Assembly (NCBI RefSeq): GCF_009834535.1
Contig: NC_045697.1
Location: 36,830,001-36,894,000, forward strand
Direction of reading: 5' to 3'
From: Camelus ferus
Lineage: Eukaryota
Length of the DNA: 64,000 nucleotides
Positions 51,500-62,829 of the stretch are shown in pieces; the first letter of the stretch is position 1; each line of letters begins with the position of its first letter. A program made the position numbers and the translations under genes. Below the pieces are notes generated by a model, which was not told where the DNA came from, searched no databases, and worked only from the letters and a program-made list of their open reading frames with translations.

Positions 51500-51628
51500 G
51501 GGATATTTTATGATTTTTTTTTTCTCTGTGAGTAAGCCAGCTGACTTCACTTAGTATGGTGACCTAAAGGTCCATCCATGTTGCTGCAAATGGCATTATT
51601 TCATCCTCTTTTTATGGCTGAATAGTAT
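51500..51628 (-). mobile_element. Short L1 fragment, antisense
   Basis: cttcacttagtatg...ggtccatccatgttgctgcaaatggcattatttcat...tttatggctgaatagta. Confidence 0.8.
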
Positions 51629-52549
51629 GAACAGAATTTAAATAGGAGGAGTCAACTGTTATGGGTCTTGGGTCAGTGTGGATTATAAAGAATGCCGAGA
51701 AACACGACTTTATTTTAGGAAAAGGCACCACCACCGGCCTGGCCAGAAGGATGCCTGGGGTTCAAGTTCCAACTTTGCCCTTTGGCATCGAGCCTTAACT
51801 TACTTTCTGGTAAAATGTGGGAGAGACACAGATGATCTCCAGGATGCCTCAAAGCTCACACATTCTACACTGCCTGCACTCCCCGGGTGAGGTATTAGGC
51901 AGACACCTACCTGGCCACAATTTTCCCAGCCCAGGGGCCACTGGGCAGCCTTCCTCAAGAGTGGCAGGATATTGTTGCTCCTGCTGCAGCCTCTGAAAAG
52001 GCCGGTTGTCTCTGTGGCTCAACAGAAAGGCCCACAGCCATTGTCCTTAGGGGAGCCACCCAGTCCCTGCAGACACGAGCTACAGCTCCCATCACCTCAG
52101 TAGCTTTTTGAGGGGGATTTTCATTCACAAACTCCATTCAGAGGCTTTTTGGAAGCCTTCTGTCCTAGTGCAATGAAGCAGGCTGCCTCTTTTTCCACCA
52201 AGTGTCCCCAAGGGAAGTGACATTCACCAAGAATTTGGACAAACTATTTTAGAGGAAGAAACAGTGTGAAAATTGCACAGATCCTTGTTACTTAAAGCAT
52301 TTGAGAAGAAAACGGCAGGAAGTGGTGGATTCGGGACATAAAGGACATCATTTGCCTGCCTTATTATCTCATTTTTCAGTGGAGCTGACAGGACAGCTGC
52401 CTGTTATTACAGGGCGCACCAGGAAATGTTTAGCTGCCAAACAGAAAAGAACGAGGGAGGGATTAGCAGCCCCGTTCATGCCACACAAATAGAATTCTTG
52501 CACCTGGTAGTCATGCAGTTCGATTTATCATCCTCGTAGGGTATGTTAC

Positions 52550-52900
52550 TTAAATTCCATTTACAAAGAAACAAAAACAACCCAAAAAGGCGCCTTAATG
52601 TCATTGTAATTATGATCAGTATTAGTAACCACTTTGCAGTTTTTAGTCTCGATTAAAGTAATTGGTGGTGGTTTTCATTTAATTGCTCTAATCTTTTATT
52701 TGGTTTCTGGAGTGTTGTAAATTCACTCTTCCGTGTTGCAAATCAAAGGCGTTCTTAAAAATGAAAGATTGATAACAGTTCAATCCTCCGGAAGGCTGCA
52801 GTCATTAGTGACATAGTACAACCATAGCGAGCTCTTTGCAAGGAGCCGGATCACCTCCAGAAGTGACATTTCAAAGAGAGTCAATACTTTGCTTCTCGTC
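52550..52900. promoter_or_regulatory. Candidate conserved developmental enhancer
   Basis: No repeat recognised; dense TAAT/ATTA cores and a TCF/LEF site atcaaag at 52742-52748. Confidence 0.35.
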
Positions 52901-53289
52901 ATTTTCTAATGCTGGGGTGGGGGGATGGGGGGATGGGTTTGCCAGCTTCTCAAGCCCAGAGCCCTGGGAGGCTGCTGGCAAACAACAGAGGCCCTAAATG
53001 GCCTGCTTATTCCCAGGATCGTGAACTCACCTCCCTTATGCCAAGCCCCAGGGAGGGATCTAGCGGGAGGAAAAAGTCTTAGAGTGAGTGAAAAGTCTTA
53101 GTGAGTCTTAGATCCTGTGAAAACTACCCGTTAGTATGAATCTTCGAATTAATTAAAAAAAAAAAAAAAAGCAAACTCCTCACAGTGCCTTGTTGCATCA
53201 AGTATGAGGGGAGAAACTTGAGGCTGTTGAGTCTTCATTCCTCCTCTGGAGTCTCCCAGCACCTCTGTGCCAACCCTCGACATAAAGAA

Positions 53290-54950
53290 GAGTGAGACCA
53301 AGTCGGTCGGAGAGCATCAGCTCTGCCTGGAGGCCTCGGAGACGTTTTGGGTCCAAGGGGGTCTTAGTTTTCCAGGGGGGATAGGAGTCAGGGGCATTCT
53401 GGAACCATATGAAGGGCACAGAAAAGGCCTGAGAAGGGAGCTGCAAGAAGTCGGGTCGGACTATCACTCAGGGTGGCTACAGAGCAGTGCAGGGGGAGGA
53501 GGCTGGAGCCAGAGGACAGAGGGCCTTGAATGCCCTATGAAGGGGCGTGGACTCTGTCCTCCCAATGACGGAGGAGAGTAATGTAGCACTGGTGACAGTT
53601 GTGTCATTTATTCCTGCAGCGTGAATTTTAAGGAAAAAGGGCTGAAGAGGGGAAGACTTAGGAGACTCAGAATTGTCCAAGTAGGACATGCTGAGGCTGC
53701 ATGGCAGGAGCATGAAGAGGAGACAGGTCCCAGAGAGCTTCAGGGTGACACTTTGACAAGGCACCAATCACCCACTGGACAGAGGGAAGAGGAGCTAGGT
53801 TGGCTCCTTGGGCATGTGGGTGAAGAACGGTACCACTGATAACGATGCAGAACTCAGCAGAAGGCGGATTAGGGAGTGAGGGAAGAGCTGATTTGCACTA
53901 TACTGTGGGATGTGCATGTGGAGGGGTCTGGTCTGGAGATTTCTGTCAGTAGAGAGTATGAGCATTCGGGCACCATGACCTGGTACTTAAAGGGAGCTCA
54001 GGAAATAGATTTGGTACTTACCCTTAGAGCTATTCTGTGCTTACCTGAATAGAGACAGAGGTTGAATCCACTGGATTCAATACAATCACTCAGGGACGAT
54101 GTGTGGTGAGACTAAATACAGACTGAAAACCAGAGTGAAAGAACACCACTTATAATGCACTGAATGCTTGTGTCTCCTTAAACTTCGTATGCTGAAGCCT
54201 AATTCCCAGTGTGATGGTCTTAAGAGTTGGAAACCTTGGGAACTGACTAGGTGATGAGGGTGGAGCCCTCAGGAATGAAACTGGTGCCCTTATAAGAAGA
54301 GGCCCCAGAGAGCTCTCTTGCCCCTTCCACCATGTGAGGGCACAGTGAGAAGACAGCCGTCTATGAATCAGGAAGTGGGCTCTCACCAGACATCCGATCT
54401 GCCAGTGTCTTTATCTTACCTTTCCCAGCCTCCAGAACTGTGGGAAGTAAGTGCTTGTTATTTAAGTTACCCAGTCTATGACATTCTTGTCAGAGCAGCC
54501 TGAATGGACTAAGACACCACTCTTGAAACACGGACGTAGAGAGAAGAGCCGGCAAAGCAGAGGAGTAAGTGGTCAGAAGCCAGGGGAGGACAGAGTTTTC
54601 ACGAAGAAGGATGTTAGCAGCAGTGTCACCTACCAGACAGGACAAGTGTCCATGGGAGCTGACAATGAAGAAGTCATGGTCACTCTAGCAAGCAGTGTTC
54701 TTTCTTGGGGGTGAAGGTGGGGTGCTGGTGGGGGGGGGGTCAGGACAAGGAGTAGCCTTGCTGAATCTTCCTGGGGTGAAGAGGACAGAGGATGAGAGTG
54801 TGGAGACTCTGGGTAGAGACTTTCTTGTTTTTTATGGCTGTGATAGGAAGGAAAGGAACAACCCACAAGGAGAAACAGGATTAATGAAGGATTTTTTTTT
54901 TTTTAATGGAGAAAACCTGAATCTATGTATGAGCTGCAGGGAGGGCACCA
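53290..54950 (-). mobile_element. L2 fragments, split by MLT1A
   Basis: Antisense L2 motifs: gggccttgaatgccctatgaagggg...agaagccaggggaggacagagtttt...gaagtcatggtcactctagcaagcag. Confidence 0.7.
54151..54516 (+). mobile_element. MLT1A0-like MaLR solo LTR, complete
   Basis: 366 bp; gagggtggagccctc...gcccttataagaagaggcc...ttcccagcctccagaactgtg...ggactaagaCA; perfect 5-bp TSD ccact at 54146-54150 and 54517-54521. Confidence 0.93.
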
Positions 54951-55449
54951 GTCAAGAGAAGTCAGTCAGAGGGTCAAGAGGGTGGGAAGCACTTTTCTCT
55001 GTGGAAGGAAGAGGTAGGGCTGGGAAGACCGTAGCAGAAGGATTCGGGTCATTGTTTCAAGCTGTTTTCCCGTTTACTTATGCTCTCCTCTCTCCTGGAA
55101 AGGCTCCTCTCTGTCCCTCTGCCCCATCACCTCCAAACCAGGACTGCATCCTTCAAGGCTCCCCTCAAGTGCACCTCTCTCCCAGCCCCCGCCCCATTCC
55201 TCCAGCTGTGGTTCCCTTTTTTGAACCTTGGCAGTTTGTCCGTTTTCTTCTCACAGACAGACATATTTTACCTTGTATTGTTGAATCATCACGTGCCCTC
55301 ACTATGAGAGGTTTGGCTCTTTGAGGAGAAGAATCGTAGCTATTTTTCTAAAAATATAAAATGATTTTCATTTGAGCTTAATAACATGTTGGAAAAATAA
55401 ATCTGCCGTGATCAAAGTCAGATATAAAAAATGTGGATGATTTTTGCTA

Positions 55450-55625
55450 CACAGGGCAAGTTATATAACTTCTTGGAGTATGTTTTCTTGATCAGTAAAG
55501 TGGGAATAATAATAATACCTACTTTTTAGGGTTGTTTCAATCATTTAATGAGATAAAGTATATAGTGTTTAACACAATGCCTTGCACATCGGAAATGCTT
55601 AATAAAGGATAGATATTATTGTTAT
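55450..55625 (+). mobile_element. MIR SINE
   Basis: gggcaagttatataac...gtaaagtgggaataataataatacctact...gcttaataaa. Confidence 0.8.
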
Positions 55626-56167
55626 TAATCAACCAGATAATCTCTGATTAAGTTCCATGATTCTTTCTCCACTAGTGCAGGCAGACCTTACCTATAAAAC
55701 ATGCACATACTTGCTAATACACCATAGCCACAAAGCTCGGCTAAAAAGGTCAGAACTTGAAGCAGACTGAGCAAGCCACCCTTCCATATCCCTTTCTGTA
55801 AGCATTTCTTCTGTAACTAGTGGCTATCATAGTTCATTCATTTGTTCACTTCACAAATACTTTTTTGAGAACTTTAAGTGTGCAAAGCACTCTGGAAGAA
55901 GCCACAGAGAAATCCAGGATGAATAAAACACAAGCTTTGCTCAGAGGTACTCAGGGATTGGGGTAAGTAAATAATTATATCCAAATCACAGTGCTGTGTG
56001 ATGGAAGGAAATACCCAAGGAGAAACTAGGAAAGGTTTCAGGAAGAAGGGGGCACCGGGGGCCACCACCATGGCAATGAATTCTGCACCAAGCACATCAA
56101 TTTAGAAGCAAAAGCCTTCCAAGCTTGCCTTTCACCCACCATACTCGATTAAGGAAACACATGTTCA

Positions 56168-56295
56168 GGGGGGAGGGTATAGCTCAAGTGGTAGGACGCA
56201 TGCTTAGCATGCACGAGGTCCTGGGTTCAATCCCAGGACCACCTCTAAAAATAAATAAACTTAAATACTGCTCCCCCCTACCCCCCCCAAAAAAC
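56168..56295 (+). mobile_element. Camelid Vic-1-type tRNA-derived SINE
   Basis: ggggggagggtatagctcaagtggtaggacgcatgcttagcatgcacgaggtcctgggttcaatccc. Confidence 0.92.
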
Positions 56296-58373
56296 ATATA
56301 CTCTTTCCATGGGCTTCTTTCTTTAGCTCCAAAAGGTAAGGAAAAGGACAGACCTGTCAACATGGAGCACCTCAGCACTTCAGGAGACCAGTCGCAAGGT
56401 GACCTCTGTTATTCAGCCAGCTGGATTTATCAAGCCCTCAGAGACAGAGTGACTTCTGTAGGAAGACTTGAGGGTCAATCGTTTCTTCTTTTTTAAGTCC
56501 TCAGAAGGGCCAACAAAATAAAAAAAAAAAAAACGAAGAGAGGTATTTTGGGCAGTGTGTAGAAGCCCAAGGCATCCTTAAACGCAGGTATCTGGCTCCC
56601 TAACATCACCACACAGGGAGGCAAACTTGCGTCCGAAGGAAATACACTCCTCAGAAAGCCAAACATTACTTTCAAAACAGAGTTTTCCAAACAATTTGCA
56701 ATTTGTAATACAGACTTGAGGTCTGGGCTCGTTGAGAAGGAAAAGTGTGCAAACTGTTGGATGCTAGTTGGTGGCATGGATCAGCAGACGTCGTGGAAGA
56801 ATGTCAGCGTTCAGTTCATCAGCCAGCTTTCCTCCTCTACTGTCATGGGTTTCTGAGAGAGAAGCCGAGGGGACTTCAGACGAATGGTTGGTGGTGGCAG
56901 TGACTGCGAGGGAACCGCTGCCAGGCTACTTGTGCAGCCCGTTGGCCAGTTATCTACAGATGGTATATGGGAGCATTTCACCAGTGAGCCTGAAGGTTAT
57001 GGCTTTGAAAGTCTTAGTGTAAGAGGAGTGTCCCACACTTCCAAAAAAAAAAAAGCTTTTGGCTTTACTTACCAGATATCGACAACAATCTAAATTATGT
57101 CAATGTGAGTTTTTGTTGTTCTTAATGGAAGCTTCAGAGCATAATGAAGACTATTTGCTGATACCTTGGGTTTTTTTTTTAAATGAATATGAAATTTATC
57201 AAAGGAAGAAATTTTAAATTTAGTTTTCCTTAAACCTAAAGTTCAATGTAGAAGCATTATTATTCTATTTATAAGTCAAGTAAATTTTAACCATCAGTTT
57301 CAAGAGGATTAAAGCTCTGTCAGTTAAAGCTGCAGGAATTAAATTCTCCTAACAGCCTCATTTAAATACTCAATTAATTAAATTCCATTAAAAATTTTAA
57401 TCTGCATTATTTGTTTAATATAGTGGATCTTTTTTAGCAGTTCAAATGCTTCTAACAAGCAAAATGTTCTCAAATGACTTACATGACTCTAGAAAAACAT
57501 AACTAGAATAATCTCCAGTTCTCTTAAACCAAAATGGTTTAGAACCTTAGTCAAAACGTTTTTAAAGTTTATACATTTCACCTAAAAATCACAAATTATA
57601 CTTTTTAAATTGGGATCACAGTTCTCTAACAGGCTAAATCCTCCCTTACAAATATTTGAAATACCAAACAACACACAACATCCTCAAGATTATAAAAATC
57701 TCTTCCTGAACTTACACAGAAAATGCTAACCCTGTGGGTTTGATTTACTTCACCACCTATTTAAAACTCTAAGTCTTAACAGGATTAAAAGCTCCATTAA
57801 GAAAACAATTACACACCGTGCCCAAACTAGTAGAGGTCACCACTCTAGTAGAATGAGTATTCATAGTATCTGGAGGTTTGGGGCCAAAGTGCGATTTCAT
57901 TCTGTGACAGTGAGGAACAACACGGTGAACTTTTTCAAGGGTGTTGGTCTCTTCCAGTTTCAAGATACATCATTACTTGCTTTATCTGTAATCCAAGTCC
58001 TGCCCACTTGTTCACGACTTTATTGGCTAGAATAATTTATTTATACCTGATTCTATTCTCAGTGTTTTTCTATTCTTCCATTTTGACCAGGCCATGACCC
58101 TTATAAATAGGTAAGTGGCATTCAAAACAATTCTGCATGTTCCCCTTGCGTTTGTCTGGCTCTGCCTACGCCTGGATCAAGGGGATGGCCCCAAACCAAA
58201 CTGTTCCGCTTCAAATGACCCAATTTGTCTCACAAGATAAGGGAAGTTTGACAAGGCTTTCTTCCTTTTCTCATTCGGTCCAACTCAGATAAAGAATTTT
58301 GTTTGTTCCCAAAGAGCTGCACCCGAGTTTAGACACAGCAGACCAAGTGAGGTGGTAAGTGGCCCTCTACCAA

Positions 58374-58558
58374 CACTGCTTCTCAGACTTGCAATTATTG
58401 TGTTTATTGTATTGTATTGCATTGCCATGTATTTGAATCTCCTAGGATTTCATTCAAGTACAGATTCTAATGCAGTAGGTTAGGGCTGAGGCCCAAGATT
58501 CTTCATTTCTAACAACCTCGGGTGCTGCTGGTCTTCAGAGCACACAGTGAGTAAAAAG
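58374..58558. mobile_element. MER5-like hAT-Charlie element
   Basis: cagattctaatgcagtaggttagggctgaggcccaagattcttcatttctaacaa. Confidence 0.75.
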
Positions 58559-58699
58559 AATTTGAATAGTTGATGATATTTGAGGGTCAATTTAGGGTCA
58601 ATCTGGCCCCCAATTTCTGTAAATCATGCACAGCAAGTATCTAGTGTTTTTTCTCACCAAAGTCCTTCTGTCTCTTTTCTCAATCTTGGGTCCTCAGCT

Positions 58700-58702
<3 letters not shown>

Positions 58703-58746
<44 letters not shown>

Positions 58747-58760
58747 CCACACACACACAC
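58703..58760. repeat. (CA)n microsatellite
   Basis: About 21 perfect AC units, a short interruption, then further units. Confidence 0.95.
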
Positions 58761-58899
58761 TTCTCTCTGCCCCTTTTCAAACCTGCCTGTGAGAATATAA
58801 TGCTGTAACCATTTAAAAAGTAGTTGTTATGCAGAGCTGGAAAGAAGGCTGTACAGAGAGAAGACACACATTTCAGCTCTGTATTAACAATAAGAGTGC

Positions 58900-59565
58900 C
58901 CATTTATTACGTGTTAACTAATGCCAGTCACAAGAACTATGTGTTTTATGTAATCGTATGAAAAACGTATTACTATTTACATTTTAAAGGAAGAGGAAAT
59001 TGAGGCTCAGAAAGGTTAGTAACTTGCCCCAGATTAAAGAGCTGGTACCTGACAGAGTGTGGCAGCTGGTCAAGACTTAGTCTTTGAAGGTCATCCCACC
59101 AGTGTGGCCTCGTGACCAACTTTGACTAAGAGAATGTAGCAGAAGTGACTTCTAAGCTTTGACCTCAGGAAGGCTTGCGGCTTCTGCTCTAGCCTTTTTG
59201 GGACACTGCTGCCATGTGAACAAAACCGGGCTTGCTTCCTTGGGGATGAGAGCCTTCATGAAGAGGCCCAGTCATCCAGTTGTTCCAGTCCAACCAGACA
59301 TGTGAAGCCAGCGAGGCTATCTGGGACCAGCCACTTCCCAGCCAATCTACCCACTGCAGACAGAAGAGTGAGCACTGCCAACACCATGTGGGCCAGAGAT
59401 GAGCCATCCCAGCTGAGCCTTGCCTAAATTGCCAACACACAGATAGACTCGTGAGTAAATACGCAGGTGCTGTTTTAAGCCACTAAAACATGGGGTGGTT
59501 TGTTATGCAACGATAGATAGCTGAGCCAAGATTTGAATTCCAAAGATGTCTGATTCTAAACCCCT
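58900..59565 (-). mobile_element. MIR SINE split by an MLT1 LTR
   Basis: gaggaaattgaggctcagaaaggttagtaacttgcccaga...gacagag [LTR] ccaagatttgaattccaaag. Confidence 0.75.
59058..59524 (+). mobile_element. MLT1F/G-like MaLR solo LTR
   Basis: TGtggcag start; actaagagaatgtagcagaagtgac...cccagctgagccttgcctaaattgcc...tgttttaagccactaa...ggtttgttatgcaacgatagata. Confidence 0.85.
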
Positions 59566-59857
59566 TCTGAGCCCAAAGGCATGACCCTACAAACCCTAAC
59601 TTGGTTCTCCAGAAAGAACTGGTTTGGGGCCTGCTTGCTTCTCTCTGCATTCTTGCTCTAAGCTTGGTTTAACGCACTAGTCACTTCTGATTTTCCTGTT
59701 CCCCCTCTACCCCCTACCCTTGGGCTGACTGCTTTCCCTTCTTCCTATTTGTGTTCCAGTCCTCCTTCCAGGCTGCCCTTTCTGTTCTGCTTTGAGCTAT
59801 CTTCTTGGTAATCTTTATGTGAGGTCCAAGTTCTGGTCCTCCTTTGACTCCCTAGGG

Positions 59858-60020
59858 CAGTGTTTAAATTTTAGAGAGTTTAAAAATCTTTAGACGATTT
59901 TGTTGAAATGCAGAGTCTGGTTCAGGTGGTCTAGGGTAGGACCTGAGATTCTGAATTCCAAATAAGCCTCCAGAGGATGCTGAAGCTGCTTGCCCAAGAG
60001 TCACATTTTGGATAGCAAGG
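59858..60020. mobile_element. MER5B-like hAT-Charlie element
   Basis: aaatgcagagtctggttcaggtggtctagggtaggacctgagattctg...gatgctgaagctgct...cacattttggatagcaagg. Confidence 0.75.
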
Positions 60021-62435
60021 CTCTGGGCTGCTCTGTGAAGCACCCATCCCCTACTCCCCCATTCACATAAATAATGGTCACAGCTGATGGGGGTCATGGC
60101 TGGACTCTTCGGCCAAATAGGGAGCCTCAGCTGTGTGCTTGTCAGTGACCTTCACTCCTGCACACAGAGAAATCTGGAGTCATGTGCCCCTATGAACTCA
60201 TCATGCTTAATCCAGGGAACAATGTAAAAGAGAGGAAAGAAAAAAAGCTAAAAATTCAATTTCCAAGGCATTTATTCAGTAATATAAGCATTTACTAAGC
60301 ACTTATGCCAAACACTATATGATAGTATCTAGACAGGGAAATCCATCCTCTTTTGGAGACCTGGACCAGCTAAGCAAACACCATTTTATCATGAAACTTT
60401 CTCTAGTCACCAGAGTCCCTTTATTTAGTTGAAGTCTGTGGGCTCTAAATACAATGCTGGCTGATGCAATGTGATTGTTTTACAGCAATCTGAATTAGGA
60501 GCTAATGTTATGTTTGAAATGTAGGAGTGTGGTTAGCGTTTAGCTACCTGTATGTAATGGAATGATACGTCTTTAAAAGTGTGTGCCTGGGCGGGCCAAA
60601 CTCTTTCTTAATAAGATCAGGGATGCACACGAGTGATCTTGTAAATAAGGCCAGACGGTGGTCCTATTTGATCTGAGCTTCAGTCTTTGTTTAGAGACAG
60701 CAGGTCCCCAAAAGAGGACACCTGGAGCTCCCTGGACAGATACGGCCACACGCTATCTGGCACAGGCACTTGGGAAATGTTTGCTGTATTATTGAGTGAA
60801 TGCCTTGAAACCGGAAACTTTATCTTAGATCCCCTTTTCCTTTTTCTGTTGAGGCCTCCTATGATGAGTGCTGTCTCTCTCCTGACTAAAGGACCTAGTT
60901 TCCCTGGGGAACAATCAGATCCAAGAACAACGTCACCCTTCTTTGACATGGAGTGGTGAGGAACTGCAATTCTCCCTCCAGCCAGGGCTCCACCTCCCTT
61001 CTCTTCCTCCAGGCCTCAAGAAGAGCAGAGTGGGGTTAATTCTTGCTTTGTGTTGCCTATTCCTGGGTTTGCAGGGCAAAGGCCTACTTCTGGAACTATA
61101 AACTTAACCTTTAGTTAGTGTAAGACAGGGGACCCTGAAGAAGCAAAGGTGTGAGACAGACACAGTCCCTCCCCTCTCGATGGCCTAGTGAGAGATCAAG
61201 ACAAGGATGTGGACACTAAAGAGATACAAACTACAATGGGGAACATACGGTGATATCATAGGAGCACTTAGGAAGGATACCCACCCCAGTCTTGGGAATT
61301 GGGGTGGTGATGGAAACAGGAAAGACTTTTCTAAAAAGATGTCACCTAAGCTGGGTGTTAAAGAATGAGTAGCACTGAGCTAAGCAGAAAGGAAAGGAAG
61401 GGTAACAAGAGGATCCCAGAGGACAAAAATCACTGTGTAAAAGAAATTCAAACAAACTGTTGAATCAAACTCAAATCCAAGTGTCAATGCAGCTGGATAT
61501 GTGGATAGAAACTCAGTAGCATGAGCTGGGCTGAAGATGATTTAAGGAAGTCCCTGGGGCCTTTTTATTTTAAACTAGTTATATCTCAGCCTTATTTATA
61601 GAAAATGTAATAGAAGATTCTATTTCTTAGTATTTGGAGTTTTGCTCCATTCTTTACAATTGTGCTCACTTCCAGGAAGTGAATTCCATATTGCACACTT
61701 CCCTGGGGAATATGTGATAATTGGACAAAGCTGGGCTGACATTTACCTTGGCTGCACCTACAAAGAAAGGATTTGCTAAGATAATGAATAGAGCAACCAA
61801 AAGCAGGGGATGTACTTAATCTACTTCAAGGACACATTTTTCCCCCAGTATTCTATAAGCACACTATATGCAAATGATGTTATGCATTAAATTAAAAATC
61901 AGCCTCATCTAGTCATCAAAGCAAGTCGTGGCTTACCATCTGCTGGGAAACACTCAGCCATTATAAAAACAAACTTGAATTTAATTACATAACGCAGCAT
62001 TTCATAAGGACTTTCATTAAAACTTTATATTAATTCAGCCTGATCTTCTAACTTATCTGACTTGTGAGGTTTCACCAAACTTGGTAGATGCTTAAATGCC
62101 TATGGATTGACTTATGTTTTTCTTAGCCTTGAACGTGGGAAGTTTCTAAATTCTTCTGACACTATCAGTTTAAGCATGACTATAACAGTCAATCAAAAAG
62201 AGTTCATGTATTAATATAAAATGTAGGCCTAGTCTCCGTATCCGACTATCTTAAGGAGAATTTATTAGTAAAACCATCTTTCTGGAAGTCCAACAAAGGG
62301 TATCAGCAAACCATTAAATGCTGAGCTCAACAGTAAGAAAATTTTCAAACTCAAATTTCTTTTACACTGAAATAACTAATGTCAAGAAAGATGAAGTTAT
62401 TATCCTTAAATTCACAACTCAGTCAAGATGCCAGT

Positions 62436-62745
62436 ATAGGCTCACTTCTCTTGCCTGTAATTCTGAAATCTCAAAGGTTTTAAAGACAAAAGTTCTTTGC
62501 TTTTTAAATTTAGTACCAAAACTTATTGAATAGCAAAGTCTGGCCTAAGCCTACATGAGGTAATGTATCACAAGGTGAATATTCATATATTTCACTGAAG
62601 AAACATGAGTCCATCTGATTATGAAAGCTTCCCTGGACCTCAGCGGAGATGTAAGTGCACCAGATAGCCTGTCTACAATCTGAAGAATTCTGGATTACAA
62701 AGCATATCTGGCCTCAAAGATTTTGGCCAAGGTATTATGAATTCC
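62436..62745 (+). mobile_element. Second MER46C-like element
   Basis: aattctgaaatctcaaagg...gtgaatattcatatatttcactgaagaaa...aagcatatctggcctcaaagattttgg; colinear with 6532-6878. Confidence 0.7.
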
Positions 62746-62829
62746 TAACAACAGCTGTTTATTATTGAGTATTTGCTTTGTGCCAGATATTCTCCTAAGA
62801 TTTTAGATGCATTTTGCATAATCTTAATC

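Noticed and set aside
53071..53111. Short direct repeats aaaagtcttag / gtcttag
   Set aside because: Local slippage duplication of 2-3 degenerate units, not a spacer-containing array
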